Assembly (NCBI RefSeq): GCF_009914755.1
Contig: NC_060925.1
DNA length: 64,000 bases
Reading direction: 5' to 3' (one strand)
Source of the DNA: the human T2T-CHM13v2.0 reference genome, Homo sapiens
Shown: positions 13,215 to 26,200 of the stretch, piece after piece
Position numbering within the stretch: position 1 is the first letter of the stretch
Layout of the letters: every line of letters begins with the position of its first letter
Translations under genes and position numbers: made by a program
Notes under the pieces: generated by a model
Databases searched by the model: none
What the model saw: the letters and a program-made list of their open reading frames with translations, nothing else
What the model was told of the DNA's origin: nothing

Positions 13215-16200
13215 TTACACAGAGCAGACTTGAAACACTCTTTTTGTGGAATTTGCAAGTGGAGGTTTCAGCCGCTTTGAGGTCAATAGTAGAAAAGGAA
13301 ATATCTTCGTAGAAAAACTAGACAGAATGATTCTCAGAAACTCCTTTGTGATGTGTGTGTTCAACTCACAGAGTTTAACCTTTCTTTTCATAGAGCAGTT
13401 AGGAAACACTCTGTTTGTAAAGTCTGCAAGTGGATATTCAGACCTCGTTGAGGCCTTCGTTGGAAACGGGATTTCTTCATATTCTGCTAGACAGAAGAAT
13501 TCTCAGTAACTTCCTTGTGTTGTGTTTATTCAACTCACAGAGTTGAATGATCCTTTACACAGAGCAGACTTGAAACACTCTTTTTGTGGAATTTGCAAGT
13601 GTAGATTTCAGCCGCTTTGAGGTCAATGGTAGAAAAGGAAATATCTTCGTATAAAGACTAGACAGAATGATTCTCAGAAACTCCTTTGTGATGTGTGCGT
13701 TCAACTCACAGAGTTTAACCTTTCTGTTCATAGAGCTGTTAGGAAACACTCTGTTTGTAAAGTCTGCCAGTGGATATTCAGACCTCCTTGAGGCCTTCGT
13801 TGGAAACGGGATTTCTTCATATTCTGCTAGACAGAAGAATTCTCAGTAACTTCCTTGTGTTGTGTGTATTCAACTCACAGAGTTGAACGATCCTTTACAC
13901 AGAGCAGACTTGAAACACTCTTTTTGTGGAATTTGCAAGTGGAGATTTCAGCCGCTTTGAGGTCAATGGTAGAAAAGGAAATATCTTCGTATAAAGACTA
14001 GACAGAATGATTCTCAGAAACTCCTTTGTGATGTGTGCGTTCAACTCACAGAGTTTAACTTTTCTTTTCATAGAGCAGTTAGGAAACACTCTGTTTGTAA
14101 AGTCTGCAAGTGGATATTCAGACCTCTTTGAGGCCTTCGTTGGAAACGGGATTTCTTCATATTATGCTAGACAGAAGAATTCTCAGTAACTTCCTTGTGT
14201 TGTGTGTATTCAACTCACAGAGTTGAACGATCCTTTACACAGAGCAGACTTGAAACATTCTTTTTGTGGAATTTGCAAGTGGAGATTTCAGCCGCTTTGA
14301 GGTCAATGGTAGAATAGGAAATATCTTCCTATAGAAACTAGACAGAACGATTCTCAGAAACTCCTTTGTGATGTGTGCGTTCAACTCACAGAGTTTAACT
14401 TTTCTTTTCATAGAGCAGTTAGGAAACACTCTGTTTGTAAAGTCTGCAAGTGGATATTCAGACCTCTTTGAGGCCTTCGTTGGAAACGGGATTTCTTCAT
14501 ATTATGCTAGACAGAAGAATTCTCAGTAACTTCCTTGTGTTGTGTGTATTCAACTCACAGAGTTGAACGATCCTTTACACAGAGCAGACTAGAAACATTC
14601 TTTTTGTGGAATTTGCAAGTGGAGATTTCAGCCGCTTTGAGGTCAATCGTAGAATAGGAAATATCTTCCTATAGAAACTAGACAGAACGATTCTCAGAAA
14701 CTCCTTTGTGATGTGAGCGTTCAACTCACAGAGTTTAACCTTTCTTTTCATAGAGCAGTTAGGAAACACTCTGTTTGTAAAGTCTGCAAGTGGATATTCA
14801 GACCTCTTTGAGGCCTTCGTTGGAAACGGGATTTCTTCATATTCTGCTACACAGAAGAATTCTCAGTAACTTCCTTGTGTTGTGTGTATTCAACTCACAG
14901 AGTTGAACGATCCTTTACACAGAGCAGACTTGAAACCCTCTATTTGTAGAATTTGCAAGTGGAGATTTCAGCCGCTTTGAGGTCAATAGTAGAAAAGGAA
15001 ATATCTTCGTAGAAAAACTAGACAGAATGATTCTCAGAAACTCCTTTGTGATGTGTGTGTTCAACTCACAGAGTTTAACCTTTCTTTTCATAGAGCAGTT
15101 AGTAAACACTCTGTTTATAAAGTCTGCAAGTGGATATTCAGACCCCTTTGAGGCCTTCGTTGGAAACGGGATTTCTTCATATTATGCTAGACAGAAGAAT
15201 TCTCAGTAACTTCCTTGTGTTGTGTGTATTCAACTGACAGAGTTGAACTTTCATTTAGAGAGAGCAGATTTGAAACTCTGTTTTTGTGGAATTTGCAAGT
15301 GGAGATTTCAAGCGCTTTGGGGCCAAAGGCAGAAAAGGAAATATCTTCGTATAAAAACTAGACAGAATCATTCTCAGAAACTGCTGCGTGATGTGTGCGT
15401 TCAACTCTCAGAGTTTAACTTTTCTTTTCATTCAGCGGTTTGGAAACACTCTGTTTGTAAAGTCTGCACGTGGAAATTTTGACCACTTAAAGGCCTTCGT
15501 TGGAAACGGGATTTTTTTCATGTAAGGCTAGACAGAAGAATTCCCAGTAACTTCCTTGTGTTGTGTGCATTCAACTCACAGAGTTGAACGTTCCCTTAGA
15601 CAGAGCAGATTTGAAACACTCTATTTGTGCAATTTGCAAGTGTAGTTTTCAAGCTCTTTAAGGTCAACGACAGAAAAGGAAATATCTTGGTTTCAAAACT
15701 AGACAGAATCATTCCCACAAACTGCGTTGTGATGTGTTCGTTCAACTCACAGAGTTTAACCTTTCTGTTCATAGAGCAGTTAGGAAACACTCTGTTTGTA
15801 AAGTCTGTAAGTGGATATTCTGACATCTTGTGGCCTTCGTTGGAAACGGGATTTCTTCATATTCTGCTAGACAGAAGAATTCTCAGTAACTTCCTTGTGT
15901 TGTGTGTATTCAACTCACAGAGTTGAACGATCCTTTACACAGAGCAGACTTGAAACATTCTTTTTGTGGAATTTGCAAGTGGAGATTTCAGCCGCTTTGA
16001 GGTCAATGGTAGAATAGGAAATATCTTCCTATAGAAACTAGACAGAACGATTCTCAGAAACTCCTTTGTGATGTGTGCGTTCAACTCACAGAGTTTAACC
16101 TTTCTTTTCATAGAGCAGTTAGGAAACACTCTGTTTGTAAAGTCTGCAAGTGGATATTCAGACCTCTATGAGGCCTTCGTTGGAAACGGGATTTCTTCAT

Positions 16201-17280
16201 ATTCTGCTAGACAGAAGAATTCTCAGTAACTTCCTTGTGTTGTGTGTATTCAACTCACAGAGTTGAACGATCCTTTACACAGAGCAGACTTGAAACACTC
16301 TTTTTGTGGAATTTGCAAGTGGAGGTTTCAGCCGCTTTGAGGTCAATAGTAGAAAAGGAAATATCTTCGTAGAAAAACTAGACAGAATGATTCTCAGAAA
16401 CTCCTTTGTGATGTGTGTGTTCAACTCACAGAGTTTAACCTTTCTTTTCATAGAGCAGTTAGGAAACACTCTGTTTGTAAAGTCTGCAAGTGGATATTCA
16501 GACCTCGTTGAGGCCTTCGTTGGAAACGGGATTTCTTCATATTCTGCTAGACAGAAGAATTCTCAGTAACTTCCTTGTGTTGTGTTTATTCAACTCACAG
16601 AGTTGAATGATCCTTTACACAGAGCAGACTTGAAACACTCTTTTTGTGGAATTTGCAAGTGTAGATTTCAGCCGCTTTGAGGTCAATGGTAGAAAAGGAA
16701 ATATCTTCGTATAAAGACTAGACAGAATGATTCTCAGAAACTCCTTTGTGATGTGTGCGTTCAACTCACAGAGTTTAACCTTTCTGTTCATAGAGCTGTT
16801 AGGAAACACTCTGTTTGTAAAGTCTGCCAGTGGATATTCAGACCTCCTTGAGGCCTTCGTTGGAAACGGGATTTCTTCATATTCTGCTAGACAGAAGAAT
16901 TCTCAGTAACTTCCTTGTGTTGTGTGTATTCAACTCACAGAGTTTATCGATCCTTTACACAGAGCAGACTTGAAACACTCTTTTTGTGGAATTTGCAAGT
17001 GGAGATTTCAGCCGCTTTGAGGTCAATGGTAGAAAAGGAAATATCTTCGTATAAAGACTAGACAGAATGATTCTCAGAAACTCCTTTGTGATGTGTGCGT
17101 TCAACTCACAGAGTTTAACTTTTCTTTTCATAGAGCAGTTAGGAAACACTCTGTTTGTAAAGTCTGCAAGTGGATATTCAGACCTCTTTGAGGCCTTCGT
17201 TGGAAACGGGATTTCTTCATATTATGCTAGACAGAAGAATTCTCAGTAACTTCCTTGTGTTGTGTGTATTCAACTCACAG
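11175..17280 (+). repeat. Recent tandem duplication, 3060-bp (18-monomer) period
   Basis: Shared rare variants lie 3060 bp apart: AAACCCTC 11876/14936, CTCTATGAG 13108/16168, GGAGGTTTC 13265/16325, GTGTAGATTTCAGCC 13602/16662, TCTGCCAG 13767/16827. Boundaries are approximate. Confidence 0.9.
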
Positions 17281-20200
17281 AGTTGAACGATCCTTTACAC
17301 TGAGCAGACTTGAAACATTCTTTTTGTGGAATTTGCAAGTGGAGATTTCAGCCGCTTTGAGGTCAATGGTAGAATAGGAAATATCTTCCTATAGAAACTA
17401 GACAGAACGATTCTCAGAAACTCCTTTGTGATGTGTGTGTTCAACTCACAGAGTTTAACCTTTCTTTTCATAGAGCAGTTAGGAAACACTCTGTTTGTAA
17501 AGTCTGCAAGTGGATATTCAGACCTCTTTGAGGCCTTCGTTGGAAACGGGATTTCTTCATATTCTGCTAGACAGAAGAATTCTCAGTAACTTCCTTGTGT
17601 TGTGTGTATTCAACTCACAGAGTTGAACGATCCTTTACACAGAGCAGACTTGAAACACTCTATTTGTAGAATTTGCAAGTGGAGATTTCAGCCGCTTTGA
17701 GGTCAATAGTAGAAAAGGAAATATCTTCGTAGAAAAACTAGACAGAATGATTCTCAGAAACTCCTTTGTGATGTGTGTGTTCAACTCACAGAGTTTAACC
17801 TTTCTTTTCATAGAGCAGTTAGTAAACACTCTGTTTATAAAGTCTGCAAGTGGATATTCAGACCCCTTTGAGGCCTTCGTTGGAAACGGGATTTCTTCAT
17901 ATTATGCTAGACAGAAGAATTCTCAGTAACTTCCTTGTGTTGTGTGTATTCAACTGACAGAGTTGAACTTTCATTTAGAGAGAGCAGATTTGAAACACTG
18001 TTTTTGTGGAATTTGCAAGTGGAGATTTCAAGCGCTTTGGGGCCAAAGGCAGAAAAGGAAATATCTTCGTATAAAAACTAGACAGAATCATTCTCAGAAA
18101 CTGCTGCGTGATGTGTGCGTTCAACTCTCAGAGTTTAACTTTTCTTTTCATTCAGCGGTTTGGAAACACTCTGTTTGTAAAGTCTGCACGTGGAAATTTT
18201 GACCACTTAGAGGCCTTCGTTGGAAACGGGTTTTTTTCATGTAAGGCTAGACAGAAGAATTCCCAGTAACTTCCTTGTGTTGTGTGCATTCAACTCACAG
18301 AGTTGAACGTTCCCTTAGACAGAGCAGATTTGAAACACTCTATTTGTGCAATTTGCAAGTGTAGTTTTCAAGCTCTTTAAGGTCAACGGCAGAAAAGGAA
18401 ATATCTTGGTTTCAAAACTAGACAGAATCATTCCCACAAACTGCGTTGTGATGTGTTCGTTCAACTCACAGAGTTTAACCTTTCTGTTCATAGAGCAGTT
18501 AGGAAACACTCTGTTTGTAAAGTCTGTAACTGGATATTCAGACATCTTGTGGCCTTCGTTGGAAACGGGATTTCTTCATATTCTGCTAGACAGAAGAATT
18601 CTCAGTAACTTCCTTGTGTTGTGTGTATTCAACTCACAGAGTTGAACGATCCTTTACAAAGAGCAGACTTGAAACATTCTTTTTGTGGAATTTGCAAGTG
18701 GAGATTTCAGCCGCTTTGAGGTCAATGGTAGAATAGGAAATATGTTCCTATAGAAACTAGACAGAACGATTCTCAGAAACTCCTTTGTGATGTGTGCGTT
18801 CAACTCACAGAGTTTAACCTTTCTTTTCATAGAGCAGTTAGGAAACACTCTGTTTGTAAAGTCTGCAAGTGGATATTCAGACCTCTTTGAGGCCTTCGTT
18901 GGAAACGGGATTTCTTCATATTCTGCTAGACAGAAGAATTCTCAGTAACTTCCTTGTGTTGTGTGTATTCAACTCACAGAGTTGAACGATCCTTTACACA
19001 GAGCAGACTTGAAACACTCTTTTTGTGGAATTTGCAAGTGGAGATTTCAGCCGCTTTGAGGTCAATAGTAGAAAAGGAAATATCTTCGTAGAAAAACTAG
19101 ACAGAATGATTCTCAGAAACTCCTTTGTGATGTGTGTGTTCAACTCACAGAGTTTAACCTTTCTTTTCATAGAGCAGTTAGGAAACACTCTGCTTGTAAA
19201 GTCTGCAAGTGGATATTCAGACCTCGTTGAGGCCTTCGTTGGAAACGGGATTTCTTCATATTCTGCTAGACAGAAGAATTCTCAGTAACTTCCTTGTGTT
19301 GTGTTTATTCAACTCACAGAGTTGAATGATCCTTTACACAGAGCAGACTTGAAACACTCTTTTTGTGGAATTTGCAAGTGGAGATTTCAGCCGCTTTGAG
19401 GTCAATGGTAGAAAAGGAAATATCTTCGTATAAAGACTAGACAGAATGATTCTCAGAAACTCCTTTGTGATGTGTGCGTTCAACTCACAGAGTTTAACCT
19501 TTCTGTTCATAGAGCTGTTAGGAAACACTCTGTTTGTAAAGTCTGCAAGTGGATATTCAGACCTCCTTGAGGCCTTCGTTGGAAACGGGATTTCTTCATA
19601 TTCTGCTAGACAGAAGAATTCTCAGTAACTTCCTTGTGTTGTGTGTATTCAACTCACAGAGTTGAACGATCCTTTACACAGAGCAGACTTGAAACACTCT
19701 TTTTGTGGAATTTGCAAGTGGAGATTTTAGCCGCTTTGAGGTCAATGGTAGAAAAGGAAATATCTTCGTATAAAGACTAGACAGAATGATTCTCAGAAAC
19801 TCCTTTGTGATGTGTGCGTTCAACTCACAGAGTTTAACTTTTCTTCTCATAGAGCAGTTAGGAAACACTCTGTTTGTAAAGTCTGCAAGTGGATATTCAG
19901 ACCTCTTTGAGGTCTTCGTTGGAAACGGGATTTCTTCATATTATGCTAGACAGAATAATTCTCAGTAACTTCCTTGTGTTGTGTGTATTCAACTCACAGA
20001 GTTGAAGGATCCTTTACAGAGAGCAGGCTTGAAACACTCTTTTTGTCGAATTTGCAAGTGGAGATTTCAGCCGCTTTGAAGTCAATGGTAGAATAGGGAA
20101 TATCTTCTTATAGAAACTAGACAGAATGATTCTCATAAACTCCTTTGTGATGTGTGCGTTCAACTCACAGAGTTTAACCTTTCTTTTCATAGAGCAGTTA

Positions 20201-23200
20201 GGAAACACTCTGTTTGTAAAGTCTGCAAGTGGATATTCAGACCTCCTTGAGGCCTTCGTTGGAAACGGGATTTCTTCATATTATGCTAGACAGAATAATT
20301 CTCAGTAACTTCCTTGTGTTGTGTGTATTCAACTCACAGAGTTGAATGATCCTTTACACAGAGCAGACTTGAAACACTCTTTTTGTGGAATTTGCAAGTG
20401 GAGATTTCAGCCGCTTTGAGGTCAATGGTAGAAAAGTAAATATCTTCGTATGAAGACTAGACAGAATGATTCTCAGAAACTCCTTTTTGATGTGTGCGTT
20501 CAACTCACAGAGTTTAACCTTTCTATTCATAGAGCAGTTAGGAAACACTCTGTTTGTAAAGTCTGCAAGTGGATATTCAGACCTCCTTGAGGCCTTCGTT
20601 GGAAACGGGATTTCTTCATATTCTGCTAGACAGAAGAATTCTCAGTAACTTCCTTGTGTTGTGTGTATTCAACTCACAGAGTTGAACGATCCTTTACACA
20701 GAGCAGACTTGAAACACTCTTTTTGTGGAATTTGCTTGTGGAGATTTCAGCCGCTTTGAGGTCAATGGTAGAAAAGGAAATATCTTCGTATAAAGACTAG
20801 ACAGAAAGATTCTCATAAACTCCTTTGTGATGTGTGCGTTCAACTCACAGAGTTTAACCTTTCTTTTCATAGAGCAGTTAGGAAACACTCTGTTTGTAAA
20901 GTCTGCAAGTGGATATTCAGACCTCTTTGAGGCCTTCGTTGGAAACGGGATTTCTTCATATTATGCTAGACAGAATAATTCTCAGTAACTTCCTTGTGTT
21001 GTGTGTATTCAACTCACAAAGTTGAAGGATCCTTTACAGAGAGCAGGCTTGAAACACTCTTTTTGTCGAATTTGCAAGTGGAGATTTCAGCCGCTTTGAG
21101 GTCAATGGTAGAATAGGAAATATCGTCTTATAGAAACTAGACAGAATGATTCTCAGAAACTCCTTTGTGATGTGTGCGTTCAACTCACAGAGTTTAACCT
21201 TTCTTTTCATAGAGCAGTTAGGAAACACTCTGTTTGTAAAGTCTGCAAGTGGATATTCAGACCTCTTTGAGGCCTTCGTTGGAAACGGGATTTCTTCATA
21301 TTCTGCTAGACAGAAGAATTCTCAGTAACTTCCTTGTGTTGTGTGTATTCAACTCACAGAGTTGAACGATCCTTTACACAGAGCAGACTAGAAACATTCT
21401 TTTTGTGGAATTTGCAAGTGGAGATTTCAGCCGCTTTGAGGTCAATCGTAGAATAGGAAATATCTTCCTATAGAAACTAGACAGAACGATTCTCAGAAAC
21501 TCCTTTGTGATGTGAGCGTTCAACTCACAGAGTTTAACCTTTCTTTTCATAGAGCAGTTAGGAAACACTCTGTTTGTAAAGTCTGCAAGTGGATATTCAG
21601 ACCTCTTTGAGGCCTTCGTTGGAAACGGGATTTCTTCATATTCTGCTAGACAGAAGAATTCTCAGTAACTTCCTTGTGTTGTGTGTATTCAACTCACAGA
21701 GTTGAACGATCCTTTACACAGAGCAGACTTGAAACACTCTATTTGTAGAATTTGCAAGTGGAGATTTCAGCCGCTTTGAGGTCAATAGTAGAAAAGGAAA
21801 TATCTTCGTAGAAAAACTAGACAGAATGATTCTCAGAAACTCCTTTGTGATGTGTGTGTTCAACTCACAGAGTTTAACCTTTCTTTTCATAGAGCAGTTA
21901 GTAAACACTCTGTTTATAAAGTCTGCAAGTGGATATTCAGACCCCTTTGAGGCCTTCGTTGGAAACGGGATTTCTTCATATTATGCTAGACAGAAGAATT
22001 CTCAGTAACTTCCTTGTGTTGTGTGTATTCAACTGACAGAGTTGAACTTTCATTTAGAGAGAGCAGATTTGAAACTCTGTTTTTGTGGAATTTGCAAGTG
22101 GAGATTTCAAGCGCTTTGGGGCCAAAGGCAGAAAAGGAAATATCTTCGTATAAAAACTAGACAGAATCATTCTCAGAAACTGCTGCGTGATGTTTGCGTT
22201 CAACTCTCAGAGTTTAACTTTTCTTTTCATTCAGCGGTTTGGAAACACTCTGTTTGTAAAGTCTGCACGTGGAAATTGTGACCACTTAGAGGCCTTCGTT
22301 GGAAACGGGTTTTTTTCATGTAAGGCTAGACAGAAGAATTCCCAGTAACTTCCTTGTGTTGTGTGCATTCAACTCACAGAGTTGAACGTTCCCTTAGACA
22401 GAGCAGATTTGAAACACTCTATTTGTGCAATTTGCAAGTGTAGTTTTCAAGCTCTTTAAGGTCAACGGCAGAAAAGGAAATATCTTGGTTTCAAAACTAG
22501 ACAGAATCATTCCCACAAACTGCGTTGTGATGTGTTCGTTCAACTCACAGAGTTTAACCTTTCTGTTCATAGAGCAGTTAGGAAACACTCTGTTTGTAAA
22601 GTCTGTAAGTGGATATTCTGACATCTTGTGGCCTTCGTTGGAAACGGGATTTCTTCATATTCTGCTAGACAGAAGAATTCTCAGTAACTTCCTTGTGTTG
22701 TGTGTATTCAACTCACAGAGTTGAACGATCCTTTACACAGAGCAGACTTGAAACATTCTTTTTGTGGAATTTGCAAGTGGAGATTTCAGCCGCTTTGAGG
22801 TCAATGGTAGAATAGGAAATATCTTCCTATAGAAACTAGACAGAATGATTCTCAGAAACTCCTTTGTGATGTGTGCGTTCAACTCACAGAGTTTAACCTT
22901 TCTTTTCATAGAGCAGTTAGGAAACACTCTGTTTGTAAAGTCTGCAAGTGGATATTCAGACCTCCTTGAGGCCTTCGTTGGAAACGGGATTTCTTCATAT
23001 TCTGCTAGACAGAAGAATTCTCAGTAACTTCCTTGTGTTGTGTGCATTCAACTCACAGAGTTGAACGATCCTTTACACAGAGCAGACTTGAAACACTCTT
23101 TTTGTGGAATTTGCAAGTGGAGATTTCAGCCGCTTTGAGGTCAATGGTAGAAAAGTAAATATCTTCGTATGAAGACTAGACAGAATGATTCTCAGAAACT

Positions 23201-26200
23201 CCTTTGTGATGTGTGCGTTCAACTCACAGAGTTTAACCTTTCTGTTCATAGAGCAGTTAGGAAACACTCTGTTTGTAAAGTCTGCAAGTGGATATTCAGA
23301 CCTCCTTGAGGCCTTCGTTGGAAACGGGATTTCTTCATATTCTGCTAGACAGAAGAATTCTCAGTAACTTCCTTGTGTTGTGTGTATTCAACTCACAGAG
23401 TTGAACGATCCTTTACACAGAGCAGACTTGAAACACTCTTTTTGTGGAATTTGCTTGTGGAGATTTCAGCCGCTTTGAGGTCAATGGTAGAAAAGGAAAT
23501 ATCTTCGTATAAAGAGTAGACAGAATGATTCTCATAAACTCCTTTGTGATGTGTGCGTTCAACTCACAGAGTTTAACCTTTCTTTTCATAGAGCAGTTAG
23601 GAAACACTCTGTTTGTAAAGTCTGCAAGTGGATATTCAGACCTCTTTGAGGTCTTCGTTTTAAACGGGATTTCTTCATATTATGCTAGACAGAATAATTC
23701 TCAGTAACTTCCTTGTGTTGTGTGTATTCAACTCACAGAGTTGAAGGATCCTTTACAGAGAGCAGGCTTGAAACACTCTTTTTGTCGAATTTGCAAGTGG
23801 AGATTTCAGCCGCTTTGAGGTCAATGGTAGAATAGGAAATATCTTCTTATAGAAACTAGACAGAATGATTCTCAGAAACTCCTTTGTGATGTGTGCGTTC
23901 AACTCACAGAGTTTAACCTTTCTTTTCATAGAGCAGTTAGGAAACACTCTGTTTGTAAAGTCTGCAAGTGGATATTCAGACCTCTTTGAGGCCTTCGTTT
24001 TAAACGGGATTTCTTCATATTATGCTAGACAGAATAATTCTCAGTAACTTCCTTGTGTTGTGTGTATTCAACTCACAGAGTTGAACGATCCTTTACACAG
24101 AGCAGACTTGAAACACTCTATTTGTAGAATTTGCAAGTGGAGATTTCAGCCGCTTTGAGGTCAATAGTAGAAAAGGAAATATCTTCGTAGAAAAACTAGA
24201 CAGAATGATTCTCAGAAACTCCTTTGTGATGTGTGTGTTCAACTCACAGAGTTTAACCTTTCTTTTCATAGAGCAGTTAGTAAACACTCTGTTTATAAAG
24301 TCTGCAAGTGGATATTCAGACCCCTTTGAGGCCTTCGTTGGAAACGGGATTTCTTCATATTATGCTAGACAGAAGAATTCTCAGTAACTTCCTTGTGTTG
24401 TGTGTATTCAACTGACAGAGTTGAACTTTCATTTAGAGAGAGCAGATTTGAAACTCTGTTTTTGTGGAATTTGCAAGTGGAGATTTCAAGCGCTTTGGGG
24501 CCAAAGGCAGAAAAGGAAATATCTTCGTATAAAAACTAGACAGAATCATTCTCAGAAACTGCTGTGTGATGTGTGCGTTCAACTCTCAGAGTTTAACTTT
24601 TCTTTTCATTCAGCGGTTTGGAAACACTCTGTTTGTAAAGTCTGCACGTGGAAATTTTGACCACTTAGAGGCCTTCGTTGGAAACGGGTTTTATTCATGT
24701 AAGGCTCGACAGAAGAATTCCCAGTAACTTCCTTGTGTTGTGTGCATTCAACTCACAGAGTTGAACGTTCCCTTAGACAGAGCAGATTTGAAACACTCTA
24801 TTTGTGCAATTTGCAAGTGTAGATTTCAAGCGCTTTAAGGTCAATGGCAGAAAAGGAAATTTCTTCGTTTTAAAACTAGACAGAATCATTCCCAGAAACT
24901 GCGTTGTGATGTGTTCGTTCAACTCACAGAGTTTAACCTTTCTGTTCATAGAGCAGTTAGGAAACACTCTGTTTGTAAAGTCTGTAAGTTGATATTCTGA
25001 CGTCTTGTGGCCTTCGTTGGAAACGGGATTTCTTCATATTCTGCTAGACAGAAGAATTCTCAGTAACTTCCTTGTGTTGTGTGTATTCAACTCACAGAGT
25101 TGAACGATCCTTTACACAGAGCAGACTTGAAACACTCTTTTTGTGGAATTTGCAAGTGGAGATTTCAGCCGCTTTGAGGTCAATGGTAGAAAAGGAAACT
25201 ATCTTCATATAAAGACTAGACAGAATGATTCTCAGAAAATCTTTTGTGATGTGTGCGTTCAACTCACAGAGTTTAACTTTTCTTCTCATAGAGCAGTTAG
25301 GAAACACTCTGTTTGTAAAGTCTGCAAGTGGATATTCAGACCTCTTTGAGGTCTTCGTTGGAAACGGGATTTCTTCATATTATGCTAGACAGAATAATTC
25401 TCAGTAACTTCCTTGTGTTGTGTGTATTCAACTCACAGAGTTGAAGGATCCTTTACAGAGAGCAGGCTTGAAACACTCTTTTTGTCGAATTTGCAAGTGG
25501 AGATTTCAGCCGCTTTGAGGTCAATGGTAGAATAGGAAATATCTTCTTATAGAAACTAGACAGAATGATTCTCATAAACTCCTTTGTGATGTGTGCGTTC
25601 AACTCACAGAGTTTAACCTTTCTTTTCATAGAGCAGTTAGGAAACACTCTGTTTGTAAAGTCTGCAAGCGGATATTCAGACCTCCTTGAGGCCTTCGTTG
25701 GAAACGGGATTTCTTCATATTCTGCTAGACAGAAGAATTCTCAGTAACTTCCTTGTGTTGTGTTTATTCAACTCACAGAGTTGAATGATCCTTTACACAG
25801 AGCAGACTTGAAACACTCTTTTTGTGGAATTTGCAAGTGGAGATTTCAGCCGCTTTGAGGTCAATGGTAGAAAAGTAAATATCTTCGTATAAAGACTAGA
25901 CAGAATGATTCTCAGAAACTCCTTAGTGATGTGTGCGTTCAACTCACAGAGTTTAACTTTTCTTTTCATAGAGCAGTTAGGAAACACTCTGTTTGTAAAG
26001 TCTGCAAGTGGATATTCAGACCTCTTTGAGGCCTTCGTTGGAAACGGGATTTCTTCATATTCTGCTAGACAGAAGAATTCTCAGTAACTTCCTTGTGTTG
26101 TGTGTATTCAACTCACAGAGTTGAACGATCCTTTACACAGAGCAGACTTGAAACATTCTTTTTGTGGAATTTGCAAGTGGAGATTTCAGCCGCTTTGAGG

